Shown piece after piece: positions 54,097-64,000 of a stretch of DNA of 64,000 bases; positions within the stretch are counted from its first letter, which is position 1; every line of letters starts with the position of its first letter. The stretch is from Minisyncoccota bacterium (GTDB lineage: Bacteria > Patescibacteriota > Minisyncoccia > Phycocordibacterales > UBA9973), in contig JBAZVG010000001.1 in NCBI GenBank assembly GCA_041661005.1, positions 114,116-178,115 on the forward strand. The letters are read 5' to 3'. The notes under the pieces were generated by a model. It did not search any database. It was given only the letters and a program-made list of their open reading frames with translations, and was not told the origin of the DNA. Position numbers and translations under genes: made by a program.

Positions 54097-55146
54097 TTAT
54101 TCTTCGATTTTTGGTTTTTCTATTTCAAGCAAGGAAAGTTCTGGCGAAGAGCCGGCGATGCGGAGGACGTCTTTATCTATTTTCTTTAATTCTTTATTTG
54201 AAGCATTGTAATGATTCACAACGGTGCCTAAAGCGTTTCCTAATTTGTTGTGGTATTCGTCATAAGATTTTAGGTGCTTACCCAAGTCTTCTACCTTTTT
54301 TATTATTTCTTTTGCGGATTCCTCTATTTTTAAGGCTTTGAGTCCCTGTAGAACAGTCTGTAAATATGCCAAAAATGAAGTGGGGGAAGTGATGATAACT
54401 TTATATTTTCCAGCCGCGCGTTGAATTAGATTTTCCGCATTTTCTTCAGTGGAACCTACTTTGTTCGTTAGAAGATCATAATAAATAGCTTCGTGGGGGA
54501 TAAACATGAAAGCGAAATCCGTCGTGCCCTTTGTTGGTTGGATGTATTTGGCGGTTTCCGTGATTCTATTTTTCAAGTCATTTACGAAAATAGTTTCTAA
54601 TCTCTTTTTTTCTGCGACATCTCTTTCTTCCACCATTTTATTATAATTCTCCAGCGAAAATTTTGAATCTATCGGAATGATTTTGTCTTTTACAAAAACG
54701 ACAGCATCTACAATAGTCCCGTCAGGAAAAGGATACTGCATTTGATAACTTCCGGGTGGTAAGACATTTTTTAAAACTGTTTCCAGATAATATTCGCCCA
54801 GTATTCCGCGTTGTTTTGGATTTTTCAAAATATTTTCCAAGCTTTGCAATTGGTCGGCGAAAGAAATGACTTGCTTGTTTGTCTCATCCAGTCTAGTAAG
54901 CCTTTCCGTCACATCGCGAATTATTTTATTTGATTCAGAGGAGTGAAATTGCAGGCTTTCTCGCACTTGTTTGTGAGATTCCCCGATCTTGCTGTCCACT
55001 GTTCTTGAGAGTTCGTTTATCTGAGTTAAAATAAGATTCAGTCCAGTATTATCTTTGCTTTCACTTTCTTTTTTCCTGTTAAGTAAAAAATAAATGACGA
55101 TACCCCCTATCAAAATCACGATTATGATTGTTAAGATATTTTCCAT
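54097..55146 (-). CDS. rmuC: DNA recombination protein RmuC family
   Basis: N-terminal TM helix, coiled coil, and the FAFMFIPHEAIYYDLL motif typical of RmuC. Confidence 0.7.
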   Translation of the reverse strand: MENILTIIIVILIGGIVIYFLLNRKKESESKDNTGLNLILTQINELSRTVDSKIGESHKQVRESLQFHSSESNKIIRDVTERLTRLDETNKQVISFADQLQSLENILKNPKQRGILGEYYLETVLKNVLPPGSYQMQYPFPDGTIVDAVVFVKDKIIPIDSKFSLENYNKMVEERDVAEKKRLETIFVNDLKNRITETAKYIQPTKGTTDFAFMFIPHEAIYYDLLTNKVGSTEENAENLIQRAAGKYKVIITSPTSFLAYLQTVLQGLKALKIEESAKEIIKKVEDLGKHLKSYDEYHNKLGNALGTVVNHYNASNKELKKIDKDVLRIAGSSPELSLLEIEKPKIEE

Positions 55147-55158
55147 GCTTTTATTTTA

Positions 55159-55938
55159 TCATGATTTCCCTAAATAGTGTTTCAATGTATAAATCCAATC
55201 TTCGTCTATCTGATCGCTCTCGAGTTTTTGAGCGAGAAGCCATTCTAGATAACCCCTGTCTACTTTTGCTACGTCTTCTATTTTTTTGCTATTGTGTTTG
55301 CCGAAGCCAAAAGTTCGCAAGAGAGAAGGATGTGAGGAAATTTCCACCATTTTTTCTATTGCTTCGTCTTCCCTAAACGCCTCACTAGAGGCGTCGGGCG
55401 ATCCGACTTTGTCGGATTTAGCCTCTTCTATAATTTTTTTCTTTAGTCTTTCATATAGTTTTTCTAAAACTAAAACATCTCCCATGGCATCATGTGCCGT
55501 TGCGTCTATTTCTATTTCTAACAGATATCGTAAGTATTGCAGATTGTATTTTTCCATTTTTCCTTCTTTATCCAAATGTCTAGCGAGTCTGAGCGTGCAG
55601 ATAAATCTCTTCGGTTCGATACCTTCCTTTTTTATCATAATCAAATCAAAAGGCGCATTGTGAGCCACAACGATAGAGTTTTTATCTTCGAAAAGTTTCT
55701 TTATTTTTTCCAAATCGCCACTTTCATGAAAAGATGGTTTATCAACCACCATTTTGTTTGAAATATGATGCACGGCGGAAGCTTCTGGGGGTATTTTAAT
55801 CGGGGGCTTGTAAAGCCCGACAAAACTTTCATCCTCTGCCCCGCCTGTGGCGGGGTAAATCTTATAAGCAATCTGGCAAAGAAAATCTTTTTCCGTATTG
55901 CCTGTGGTTTCCGTATCAAAAAATATTATCTTTGTCAT
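55159..55938 (-). CDS. DEDD-family 3'-5' exonuclease (DnaQ/epsilon-like) with a C-terminal extension
   Basis: IIFFDTETTG (Exo I), VVAHNAPFD (Exo II), ATAHDAMGD (Exo III-like). Confidence 0.75.
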   Translation of the reverse strand: MTKIIFFDTETTGNTEKDFLCQIAYKIYPATGGAEDESFVGLYKPPIKIPPEASAVHHISNKMVVDKPSFHESGDLEKIKKLFEDKNSIVVAHNAPFDLIMIKKEGIEPKRFICTLRLARHLDKEGKMEKYNLQYLRYLLEIEIDATAHDAMGDVLVLEKLYERLKKKIIEEAKSDKVGSPDASSEAFREDEAIEKMVEISSHPSLLRTFGFGKHNSKKIEDVAKVDRGYLEWLLAQKLESDQIDEDWIYTLKHYLGKS

Positions 55939-55959
55939 AGTGCTATTTTAACATATTTT

Positions 55960-56050
55960 TTAATCTTTTTCGCCACAATTCTTCTCCGGTACGGATTTTT
56001 TGAAGCTTAAAAAATCCTGAAGTTCTCGTCCCGTCGGACTCGAAACCCCT
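55960..56050 (-). promoter_or_regulatory. second copy (opposite orientation) of the conserved hairpin upstream element, serving the exonuclease gene
   Basis: CCGGTACGGATTTTTTGAAGCTTAAAAAATCCTG at 55986..56019 is the reverse complement of 46329..46362. On the minus strand TGTTAAAAT lies 6 nt before the ATG at 55938. Confidence 0.55.
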
Positions 56051-56094
56051 GCGAAAAGTTATGGCTCAACGATTTTTTATGTTATAATGAGTCT

Positions 56095-56544
56095 ATGTTG
56101 CATGAACAAATAAAAAGTGGAATAAAAGAGGCGATGATAGCAAAAGATGCTTTGCGTCTGAAAGCATTTCGAGCGATGTCCGCTGCTTTTACCAATGAAC
56201 TTGTCGCAAAGAATCGAAAACCTCAAGAAATGCTCAAAGATGAAGAAGCAATTGCAGTAATCACTAAACTTGCAAAACAAAGAAAAGACTCTATTGAGCA
56301 ATTCAAAAAGGGAAATAGGGAAGATTTGGTGAAGGAGGAAGAAGCTGAGCTTGCCATTCTTGAAACTTATTTGCCGAAGATGATGGATAAAAGTGAAGTT
56401 GAAAAAATTGCTCGTCGAAAAAAGGAGGAATTGTCTATCACGGATGCTACTAAAAAGGGCATGTTGATGTCTGCTTTGATGAAGGACTTGAAAGGTAAAG
56501 CTGACGGAAGTCTAGTCAAAGAAGTCGTAGAAGGTTTATTCTAA
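56095..56544 (+). CDS. yqeY: GatB/YqeY-domain protein
   Basis: IKEAMIAKDALRLKAFRAMSAAF... Extended -10 TGTTATAAT lies 6 nt before the ATG. Confidence 0.7.
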   Translation: MLHEQIKSGIKEAMIAKDALRLKAFRAMSAAFTNELVAKNRKPQEMLKDEEAIAVITKLAKQRKDSIEQFKKGNREDLVKEEEAELAILETYLPKMMDKSEVEKIARRKKEELSITDATKKGMLMSALMKDLKGKADGSLVKEVVEGLF

Positions 56545-56548
56545 GTTG

Positions 56549-56620
56549 CTTGTCCTGTACTAAATTTTTGAGTGAAACAAATGACCATAATTATTAACAA
56601 TTTAAAATTTTAGTACTGGG
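56549..56620 (+). repeat. 72-nt structured intergenic repeat, copy 2, abutting the start codon of the DedA-like gene
   Basis: CTTGTCCTGTACTAAATTTTTGAGTGAAACAAATGACCATAATTATTAACAATTTAAAATTTTAGTACTGGG, then ATG. Confidence 0.6.
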
Positions 56621-57223
56621 ATGCATACAGTTAATCTTTTAACCAGCTTAGTTGAGAATCATCAGATCTTGGCGTATGCGGTTATTTTTTTAGGACTTAT
56701 TTTCGAAGGTGAGTTTATTGTCATTTCTGTCGGGATTTTGGCGCATCTCGGCGCTTTAAATTTTTGGTTTTCTTTCCTTTTTATTATTCTGGGCGCGATG
56801 TCTAAAACTTTTTTAGGATATGCATTAGGGGAATTTTTGTTTAAAAAATTTAACCATCATAGATTTTTTCAGTACATTCAAAAACGGGTATACAATACTT
56901 TACCTAAATTCAAAATCAAACCCTTTTGGTCAGTTTTTGTTTCCAATTTCATAGTGGGAGTGAATTATTTGGTGGTTATATTTTGCGGTTATGAAAAGAT
57001 AGATTATAAAAAATTTTTAAAAGCGGAGATTTTGGGTAAAATGATTTGGGCTCCGTCTTTGTTGTTTCTAGGATATTTTTTTGGATACACTGCGTTTCAT
57101 ATCAGTCGTGAAATCTGGAAATTTTCGATGGTGATTGTAATTCTTTTCGTATTATTTATCTTTTTTGACAAATTAATCAGCTGGGCGTATGGTATTTTTG
57201 AAGAATTTTATGACAAAGACTAA
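56621..57223 (+). CDS. DedA/VTT-family membrane protein
   Basis: Multiple TM helices, GYALGEFL-type motif. Assignment is tentative. Confidence 0.5.
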   Translation: MHTVNLLTSLVENHQILAYAVIFLGLIFEGEFIVISVGILAHLGALNFWFSFLFIILGAMSKTFLGYALGEFLFKKFNHHRFFQYIQKRVYNTLPKFKIKPFWSVFVSNFIVGVNYLVVIFCGYEKIDYKKFLKAEILGKMIWAPSLLFLGYFFGYTAFHISREIWKFSMVIVILFVLFIFFDKLISWAYGIFEEFYDKD

Positions 57224-58130
57224 GATAAAAAAAATAATTAAAACATTGGTCACACACGACGGATCTTTTCATGCCGATGATATTTTTGCTGCCACGACGC
57301 TTTCAATCTTACTCGAAATTAGAGGGGAGAATTTCGAGATAATTCGCACGAGAGATGAGGAAATAATAAATAAAGGTGATTATATTTTTGATGTGGGAGG
57401 GATATACGATGAACAATTAAACAGATTTGACCATCACCAAATAGGTGGAGCGGGGAAACGAGAAAACGGCATAATATATTCTTCTTTTGGTCTTGTTTGG
57501 CAGAAATTTGGTGTAGAAATAGCAGGTGAAAAAGAAATAGCTGATTTTATTGAACAAAAAATCGTGATTCCAGTGGATGCAAATGATAATGGAATTGATT
57601 TATATAAAACCAATTTTATGAACGTATCGCCATATACTTTGCAGGATGTTTTTGCAATTTTTTCTCCGACTGCGCTGGAAGATTTAGAAAAAGACGAACA
57701 ATTTAAAAAGGCACTTGCTTTGGCGAAAGAAATCTTAGCGAGAGAAATAAAAAAAGCTAAGGATCAAATAGAAATCACAAAAATTATTAAAGGTTTTTAT
57801 GAAAAATCAAAAGATAAAAGAGTGGTTGTGATAGATGAGCCGAAGGTTTCCAGATACGAAATTTGGGACGCATTGCAGAGTTTTCCAGAGCCCCTTTTTG
57901 TCGTCTATGGTGACAATGAAGATTGGTCTGTTGTGGCTATGAGAAAAGAAGAAAATAGTTTTGGTAACAGAAAAGATTTTCCAAAAACATGGGCAGGATT
58001 AAGAAAAAAAGAATTACAGAATATAACTGGAGTTTCTGACGCTGTTTTTTGTCATAAAAATTTATTTTTGTCTGTGGCAAAATCCAAAGAGGGGGCTATT
58101 AGATTAGCAGAGTTGGCATTAGTAGTATAA
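57210..58130 (+). CDS. MYG1/UPF0160-family metal-dependent hydrolase
   Basis: THDGSFHADDIFAATTL matches the H.G.FH.DE..A signature. Start trimmed to MTKTK to limit overlap. Confidence 0.6.
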   Translation: MTKTKIKKIIKTLVTHDGSFHADDIFAATTLSILLEIRGENFEIIRTRDEEIINKGDYIFDVGGIYDEQLNRFDHHQIGGAGKRENGIIYSSFGLVWQKFGVEIAGEKEIADFIEQKIVIPVDANDNGIDLYKTNFMNVSPYTLQDVFAIFSPTALEDLEKDEQFKKALALAKEILAREIKKAKDQIEITKIIKGFYEKSKDKRVVVIDEPKVSRYEIWDALQSFPEPLFVVYGDNEDWSVVAMRKEENSFGNRKDFPKTWAGLRKKELQNITGVSDAVFCHKNLFLSVAKSKEGAIRLAELALVV

Positions 58131-58176
58131 GATGTAAAAGTAAAGAATTTATCCTTATTTTTACATCTTAAAAACC

Positions 58177-59220
58177 ATGGCATTCATCGATGAAATAAAA
58201 ATATATGCAGAGGCGGGGCAGGGAGGAAGCGGTGTTGTACGTTGGCATCGGCAGAAATTTGAACCGAAAGGTGGACCTGCGGGGGGAGATGCCGGACGGG
58301 GCGGAGATTTTTATGTGCGAGCTGTTCGTGATGTGCATATACTTTTAAAATACAAAGCAAAAAAAAGTTTTATTGCCGGCAGAGGAGAAGACGGGGGAAG
58401 TAAAAGTTTACATGGGAAAAATGGAGAAGATTTTATTTTGGAATTGCCAATTGGTTCAAAAATTACAAATTTGGATACAGACGAGCAGTGGCAATTAATA
58501 AATGAAGGCGAAACGATTTTGCTTTTAAAAGGCGGATATGGAGGTTTTGGTAATGAACATTTTAAAAGTTCGGTGAATACAACTCCGCACGAATCAAATG
58601 TCGGAGGAGCTGGCGAGAAGGGAAATTTTAAAATAGAATTAGAGCTTTTTGCCGATATTGGATTTGTTGGGCTCCCCAATGCGGGCAAGTCTTCTCTTTT
58701 AAACGCGCTGACGAATGCTGATGCAAAAGTGGGGGACTATCCTTTTACAACACTTGACCCGAATCTGGGGGATCTTCATGGTTATATCATTGCCGACATC
58801 CCTGGAATCATCGAAGGGGCATCAGAAGGCAAAGGTCTTGGAGTTAAATTCTTACGTCACATCAAGCGCACCAAAATGATCGCGCATTTAGTGTCTTTCG
58901 AAAATCCGAACATGATGAAAAGCTACAAGGAGATTCGTAAAGAATTAAAAAAATACGACGAAAATTTAAATCTGGGCGAGGAAGGTCTGTCGGCAAAAGA
59001 AGAAATAATCATTTTAACAAAGTCTGATGTTGTAGATGACCCCAAAATCGTTGCTAAAAAAGTTGTAGAATTTAAGAAATTAAAAATGCTTGCCCCGGCC
59101 AGCAAAGGCGGGGTTTTTACGTTGTCTTTATTTGATGATAAAATGGTAAAAAAGTTCAGCGATGCACTAGTGAAGATTTTGAAGCCTCGCCCGTCAGGCT
59201 ATGGCCGAGGGAAAAAATAA
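58177..59220 (+). CDS. obg: GTPase Obg
   Basis: Gly-rich Obg fold (AEAGQGGSGVVRWHRQKF...GGPAGGDAGRGGD) and G1 motif GLPNAGKSSL. Confidence 0.9.
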   Translation: MAFIDEIKIYAEAGQGGSGVVRWHRQKFEPKGGPAGGDAGRGGDFYVRAVRDVHILLKYKAKKSFIAGRGEDGGSKSLHGKNGEDFILELPIGSKITNLDTDEQWQLINEGETILLLKGGYGGFGNEHFKSSVNTTPHESNVGGAGEKGNFKIELELFADIGFVGLPNAGKSSLLNALTNADAKVGDYPFTTLDPNLGDLHGYIIADIPGIIEGASEGKGLGVKFLRHIKRTKMIAHLVSFENPNMMKSYKEIRKELKKYDENLNLGEEGLSAKEEIIILTKSDVVDDPKIVAKKVVEFKKLKMLAPASKGGVFTLSLFDDKMVKKFSDALVKILKPRPSGYGRGKK

Positions 59221-60688
59221 ATTATATAAGATTATGGAAAAAAAATATTATCCCACAATTGGTCTTGAAATACATGCGGAATTAAAGACGCAAACAAAAA
59301 TGTTTTGCGCCTGCAAGAATGATCCCGATGAGGAGAAGCCGAATGTGAATATTTGTCCGGTGTGCATGGCGCATCCTGGAGCATTGCCAGTAATAAACAA
59401 GAAAGCCATAGAAAATGTGATAAAAGTCGGACTTGCAGTTGAAGGCAAAATTGCAGATTTCACTGAATTTGACCGCAAGAACTATTTTTATCCCGATATT
59501 CCAAAAGGTTACCAGATTTCTCAATATAAATATCCGATAGTCTCTGGTGGATGTCTCGCTGGTTTTGACATTACCCGCGTGCATCTGGAGGAAGACACTG
59601 CAAACAATAAACATATTGATGGGGACGCTTCGACTTCGCTCAGTGCAGGCTTTTCTTTAATTGATTTTAATCGCGCGGGTGTGCCTCTAATGGAGCTCGT
59701 GACAGAACCTCACACATTTGAAAGCGCAGAAGAGGCTGCCAATATTAGCACGAAATTTGCAAAAGAGTTCCAACTTCTGCTTTTATATCTTTCCGTGTCG
59801 TATGCAAACATGGAAAAGGGGGAAATGCGCGTAGAGGCTAATATTTCTATTTCCACAGATCCCAAAAAATTAGGCACAAAAGTAGAAGTAAAAAATTTAA
59901 ATTCTTTTCGAAGTGTTGAGCGTGCTATAAAATATGAGCTTGATCGAATGACGGAACTTTTGAAAACTGACAAAGGTGCTGAAATAATCCAAGAGACTCG
60001 TGGCTGGGATGAAAGCAAGGGAAAAACTTTTTCCCAGAGAAAGAAAGAAGGAAGCGCGGATTATAGATATTTTCCAGAGCCTGACCTGCCAAAGTTGAAA
60101 CTTCACGAGGCTTTTGATTTGGAAAAAATGAAACAAGAGTTGCCAGAATTGCCAGTGGCGAAACGCGCAAGATATAAAAAAGATTTTGGAATCAAGGACG
60201 AAGATATTGAAATATACATCAATGATCCAGAGCTAGCAAAATGGTTTGAGGATGTGGCAATAATTTTAAAGGATGTGGATGCGATAAGGCTTGCTTCCAA
60301 CTATGTAACTTCGGATTATATGGGACTTAAAAAATCTAACCCAGAAGTAAAACTTACTAAGCCTGATAATTTTGCTGAACTAATTAAAATGGCTAAGGGA
60401 GGATATGTTTCTTCTCGGGTTGCCAAAGACATTTTGGCAATGATTGTTGTGCATGATGAATCTCCAGAAGAAATTGCAAAAAGAGAAGGATTGTTGCAAA
60501 CAAGCGATACAGGCGCACTCAAACAAATCGCGCAAAAAATTATTGATGCCAATCAGAAAGTTGTGGCTGACTATAAAGGAGGCAAAGAACAAGCTTTGAT
60601 GTCTTTGGTTGGGCAAATCATGAAAGAAACCAAAGGCTCCGCTAATCCAAAAATAGCGAAAGAATTATTAATTGAGCTTTTAAAATAA
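59201..60688 (+). CDS. gatB: Asp-tRNA(Asn)/Glu-tRNA(Gln) amidotransferase subunit B
   Basis: YYPTIGLEIHAELKTQTKMFC...NICPVCMAHPG, C-terminal YqeY-like domain. Confidence 0.9.
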   Translation: MAEGKNKLYKIMEKKYYPTIGLEIHAELKTQTKMFCACKNDPDEEKPNVNICPVCMAHPGALPVINKKAIENVIKVGLAVEGKIADFTEFDRKNYFYPDIPKGYQISQYKYPIVSGGCLAGFDITRVHLEEDTANNKHIDGDASTSLSAGFSLIDFNRAGVPLMELVTEPHTFESAEEAANISTKFAKEFQLLLLYLSVSYANMEKGEMRVEANISISTDPKKLGTKVEVKNLNSFRSVERAIKYELDRMTELLKTDKGAEIIQETRGWDESKGKTFSQRKKEGSADYRYFPEPDLPKLKLHEAFDLEKMKQELPELPVAKRARYKKDFGIKDEDIEIYINDPELAKWFEDVAIILKDVDAIRLASNYVTSDYMGLKKSNPEVKLTKPDNFAELIKMAKGGYVSSRVAKDILAMIVVHDESPEEIAKREGLLQTSDTGALKQIAQKIIDANQKVVADYKGGKEQALMSLVGQIMKETKGSANPKIAKELLIELLK

Positions 60689-61689
60689 TGAATCCAGAAA
60701 TTTTAAAAAATACAATTACTCGTTTATTAACACCCCCAAAGGGAATTCTTGCCATTGATGAAAGTCTGCCTACTTGTAATAGACGTTTTGAAAAACTTGG
60801 CGTAGCGACAACCGAAGAAAAAAGAAGAGAATACCGCGAACTTTTAATAAATGCGCCAGAGATTGAAAAATATATTTCTGGATATATTCTTTTTGACGAG
60901 ACGATTGGGCAGAAAACTAAAAATGGCGAAAGTTTTGTTTCTGTCTTGCAATCAAAGGGGATAGAAGTCGGCATCAAGGTTGACGCTGGAACTATGGATT
61001 TTTCGGAACATGCCGGAGAAAAAATCACTAAAGGACTTGAGGGATTAGATGAAAGATTGAAAGAATACAAGAAGCTGGGTGCGACTTTTACAAAGTGGCG
61101 AGCAGTTTATACCATCGGAGAACATACTCCTTCAGAAGATTGCATGAGGGAAAATGCAATACTTTTTGCAAAATATGCAAAGCTATGCCAAGAAAATGAT
61201 ATTGTGCCGATTGTTGAACCTGAAGTTTTGATAGATGGGAATCATACGATAGAAAAATGTTATGAAGTGACGGCTCGCAACTTAGATGTGATTTTTTTAG
61301 AGTTAAGTAGACAAAATATTTTTCTTCCGGGAATTATTTTAAAAACAAGCATGGTCCTTCCCGGAATTGATACAGAGGTTGCTGTATCTAACACAGAAAT
61401 AGCGCAAAATACTATCAGATGTCTCAAAGAAAAAGTTCCAGACACGATCGGCGGAATTGTATTTCTCTCTGGTGGACAAGATGATGAAGAGGCGACAAAA
61501 AATTTAAATGCTATGCACAAATTAGGACCTCTTCCTTGGCAACTCACCTTTTCTTACGGACGAGCAATTCAAAACCCTGCTTTAGAGGCTTGGGCTAAAA
61601 ATTCAAATGATATCGAAGGTGCTCAGAAACTTCTTTTACAAGCTGCGGAAAATAATAGTTTGGCAAGTGTTGGAAAATATGAAAAATAA
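60688..61689 (+). CDS. fba: fructose-bisphosphate aldolase, class I
   Basis: GILAIDESLPTCNRRFEKLG... Lys Schiff-base region IILKTSMV. Class I fold. Confidence 0.75.
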   Translation: MNPEILKNTITRLLTPPKGILAIDESLPTCNRRFEKLGVATTEEKRREYRELLINAPEIEKYISGYILFDETIGQKTKNGESFVSVLQSKGIEVGIKVDAGTMDFSEHAGEKITKGLEGLDERLKEYKKLGATFTKWRAVYTIGEHTPSEDCMRENAILFAKYAKLCQENDIVPIVEPEVLIDGNHTIEKCYEVTARNLDVIFLELSRQNIFLPGIILKTSMVLPGIDTEVAVSNTEIAQNTIRCLKEKVPDTIGGIVFLSGGQDDEEATKNLNAMHKLGPLPWQLTFSYGRAIQNPALEAWAKNSNDIEGAQKLLLQAAENNSLASVGKYEK

Positions 61690-61694
61690 ATAAA

Positions 61695-63494
61695 GTGAAA
61701 GAAGAAATTAAAAAATTTTTCAAAGGAGAAGTGGAGGATGATGAAGAAACATTGATAAAATATTCGCATGATGCGAGTCTTTTAGAGGTGCGACCGCAGA
61801 TGGTTGTTTTCCCGAAAGATTCGGAAGATGTGAAGAATTTAGTGAAATGGGTCAATGAAAATAAAAATAAATATGACGGGCTTTCTATTACGGCGAGATG
61901 CGCGGGGACGGATATGTCTGGCGGGGCGATCGGCGAATCTATAATCTTGGATTTTACTCGGCATATGAATAAATTGATTGGCGGACCATTGCCGATAGAT
62001 GATTCATACACAAAAAAACGCAACAGAAAAAACAACAAAATTGGAAATTATCCCTTAGTGCCTTCATACATTACTGTCCAGCCTGGTATGTTTTACAGGG
62101 ATTTTGAAAAAATAACTTTAGAGAAAGGATTGATTTTGCCGTGTTATACAGCTTCAAAGAGTTTGAACGCCATGGGCGGAATGTATGGCAATAATTCTGC
62201 CGGAGAAAGAACTCTAAAATATGGCAAGATGGAGGACTATATTTTAGAAGCGAAAGTTGTTTTTACAGATGGCAATGAATACGTAGTTAATCTTCTTAAT
62301 AAAATCGAATTGAGTAAAAAGATTACCCAGAATGATTTTGAAGGAAATGTCTATAAAAATATTTTTAATTTAATAAATGGAAATCAATCAGAAATAAAAC
62401 TTGCAAAACCAAATGTGCACAAAAACTCGGCTGGTTACTACATATGGAATGTAATACAAAATAATGTTTTTGATTTAAATAAACTTCTTGTTGGTTCACA
62501 GGGGACTTTGGGCATCGCTACGGAAATTACTTTTAAATTAATACCCGAAAATAAACATTCAAAGCTTGTGGTTATTTTTATGAATGATTTAGCGCCTCTT
62601 GGTCGTCTTGTAGACGAGATTTTAATGCTCAATCCAGAAACGCTCGAGACATATGACGACAAGACAATGAAATTGGCGGTCAAATTTTTCCCGAATTTTT
62701 TGAAGAATAAAGGTTTTTTTAGAATGGTTAAATTCATGTGGAGCTTTTTGCCAGAAGCTTTTATGATGATCACTGGCGGTTTCCCTAAATTAATTCTTTT
62801 GGCTGAATTTGCTGGAGAGAACGAAGAAGATGTAAATAAAAAATGCGAAGTCTTAAAATCAAGATTGAAAATTTTTAATCCCGACGTAAAGTCGGGACCC
62901 CGACCTAATGCGTCGGGGTTAAAAGTTTATATTACAAAAAATCAAACGGAAGCAGGCAAGTATTGGGACATCCGAAGAGAGAGTTTTGCACTACTGCGAA
63001 AACATGTGAAAGGCAAGCGCACTGCGCCGTTTATCGATGATATCATCGTCCGTCCTGAATTCTTGCCGAAGTTTCTGCCGGAATTGAATGGTATATTAGA
63101 CAAATACAATTTGATTTTCACATTGGCAGGGCATGCCGGAGACGGAAATTTTCATATTATTCCATTGATGGATTTCAAACGTCCGGATACCGCAAAAATC
63201 ATAATGGAACTTTCTGAAAAAGTATACGATCTGGTAGCTAAATATCACGGATCGATTACAGCTGAGCACAATGACGGCATCATTCGCACCCCATATCTCG
63301 GGAAGATGTATGACAGAGAAATAATCAAAATTTTTGCAAAAATTAAAGAAGTTTTCGATCCAAAAAATATTTTTAATCCTGGTAAAAAAGTTCCCACTGC
63401 TTCTATGGGTGGCCCCGCCGTTGGCGGGGCAGGCACAAAAGAATATATAGTCTCGCATATTGCGGTGGAACACAAAACCTTACATAAGGTTTAG
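61695..63494 (+). CDS. FAD-linked oxidase (GlcD / D-lactate dehydrogenase-like FAD-binding oxidoreductase)
   Basis: PCMH-type FAD-binding segment (VVFPKDSEDVKNLVKW...ITARCAGTDMSGGAIGESIILDF), 599 aa. Confidence 0.7.
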   Translation: MKEEIKKFFKGEVEDDEETLIKYSHDASLLEVRPQMVVFPKDSEDVKNLVKWVNENKNKYDGLSITARCAGTDMSGGAIGESIILDFTRHMNKLIGGPLPIDDSYTKKRNRKNNKIGNYPLVPSYITVQPGMFYRDFEKITLEKGLILPCYTASKSLNAMGGMYGNNSAGERTLKYGKMEDYILEAKVVFTDGNEYVVNLLNKIELSKKITQNDFEGNVYKNIFNLINGNQSEIKLAKPNVHKNSAGYYIWNVIQNNVFDLNKLLVGSQGTLGIATEITFKLIPENKHSKLVVIFMNDLAPLGRLVDEILMLNPETLETYDDKTMKLAVKFFPNFLKNKGFFRMVKFMWSFLPEAFMMITGGFPKLILLAEFAGENEEDVNKKCEVLKSRLKIFNPDVKSGPRPNASGLKVYITKNQTEAGKYWDIRRESFALLRKHVKGKRTAPFIDDIIVRPEFLPKFLPELNGILDKYNLIFTLAGHAGDGNFHIIPLMDFKRPDTAKIIMELSEKVYDLVAKYHGSITAEHNDGIIRTPYLGKMYDREIIKIFAKIKEVFDPKNIFNPGKKVPTASMGGPAVGGAGTKEYIVSHIAVEHKTLHKV

Positions 63495-63564
63495 GGCTTG
63501 TCCCGTATCAAGCTTTGTTTTGGTTCGGGATTGCTTTTTTAAATTTTTTCTATATACTGTTACC

Positions 63565-64000
63565 ATGTTTGTAATTAAAGCTGAAAAAAGAGGTTTGGAT
63601 GCAAAATTGGGCATCTTAAGAAATTCTGGAAAGATTCCTGCCGTATTTTACGGCGCCGGAAAAGAGACTACCTCCGTCTCTATTTCAAATGTTGAATTTA
63701 AAAAAGTCTGGAGAGATGCTGGAGAGTCTTCTGCCGTAAAAGTTGCGATGCCGGATGGTGATATCAATGTGCTTATTCATGAAGTGCAGGTTGATCCGGT
63801 GACAGATGAGCCGATACATGTGGATTTTTTGGTCATAGATATGAAGAAGAAAATACGAGTTAAAGTTCCGATTATCTTTGAAGGCGTATCAAATGCGGTC
63901 AAGAGTGGAATCGGAAATCTTGTTAAAGTGCTTCATGAAATTGAAATCGAAGCTCTGCCTGCTGATCTACCGCACAATCTGAGCGTTGATATATCAAAAC
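63565..64000 (+). CDS. rplY: 50S ribosomal protein L25 / general stress protein Ctc (3' end beyond window)
   Basis: MFVIKAEKRGLDAKLGILRNSGKIPAVFYG... Confidence 0.8.
   Translation, partial: MFVIKAEKRGLDAKLGILRNSGKIPAVFYGAGKETTSVSISNVEFKKVWRDAGESSAVKVAMPDGDINVLIHEVQVDPVTDEPIHVDFLVIDMKKKIRVKVPIIFEGVSNAVKSGIGNLVKVLHEIEIEALPADLPHNLSVDISK

Noticed and set aside
1-64000. CRISPR arrays and rRNA genes
   Set aside because: No regularly spaced direct repeats or rRNA-like conserved segments were seen. The only tRNA is tRNA-Asn at 21967..22038.

Overview
The window is AT-rich (about 35% GC), densely packed with genes and compact, and several genes look leaderless (an extended -10 box roughly 6 nt before the ATG). 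It encodes many small hypothetical proteins, an r-protein/rpoA block and two fused GH130 enzymes. This fits a reduced-genome bacterium, possibly Patescibacteria/CPR-like, but that is inference only.

By region:
- 1.2-12.5 kb, all on the minus strand: a copper/metal-homeostasis island (P1B-type ATPase, three small YHS/TRASH proteins, DUF305, DUF302, SHOCT, a CsoR-family repressor, DUF3105) followed by TlpA/CcdA thiol-redox genes.
- 12.6-22.0 kb, plus strand: an apparent integrated mobile element. It ends in a large serine recombinase whose stop overlaps the 3' end of a tRNA-Asn(GTT) gene. Its cargo is a 1001-aa PHP-phosphoesterase/ABC-ATPase fusion with a co-operonic 334-aa partner, a minimal ~171-aa PolX-like polymerase, and a PrimPol/P-loop replicative protein.
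- 22.0-22.4 kb: a GIY-YIG nuclease gene flanked by a 37-bp direct repeat of the tRNA 5' half; the distal copy carries two GC-rich palindromic inserts.
- 23.3 kb: a GC-rich islet encoding a tandem-fused (single-chain) CsrA.
- 25.7-30.6 kb: a mannose/mannoside sugar-metabolism cluster with three GH130 domains.
- 31-46 kb: housekeeping genes (hpf, fmt, def, hisS, lepB, pth, dnaE, gap), then infA-rpmJ-rpsM-rpsK-rpsD-rpoA-rplQ and rplM-rpsI. The gap 3' end is duplicated around a tiny ORF insertion, with a solitary MazF/PemK-like toxin just downstream.
- 46.4-54.1 kb: grpE followed by four tandem paralogous cysteine-rich proteins of about 560-590 aa, with clear evidence of gene conversion between two of them.
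- 54-64 kb: rmuC, a DEDD exonuclease, yqeY, DedA, MYG1-like, obg, gatB, class I FBA, an FAD-linked oxidase and the start of rplY.

No rRNA genes or CRISPR arrays were seen. Two families of conserved intergenic repeats were noticed.
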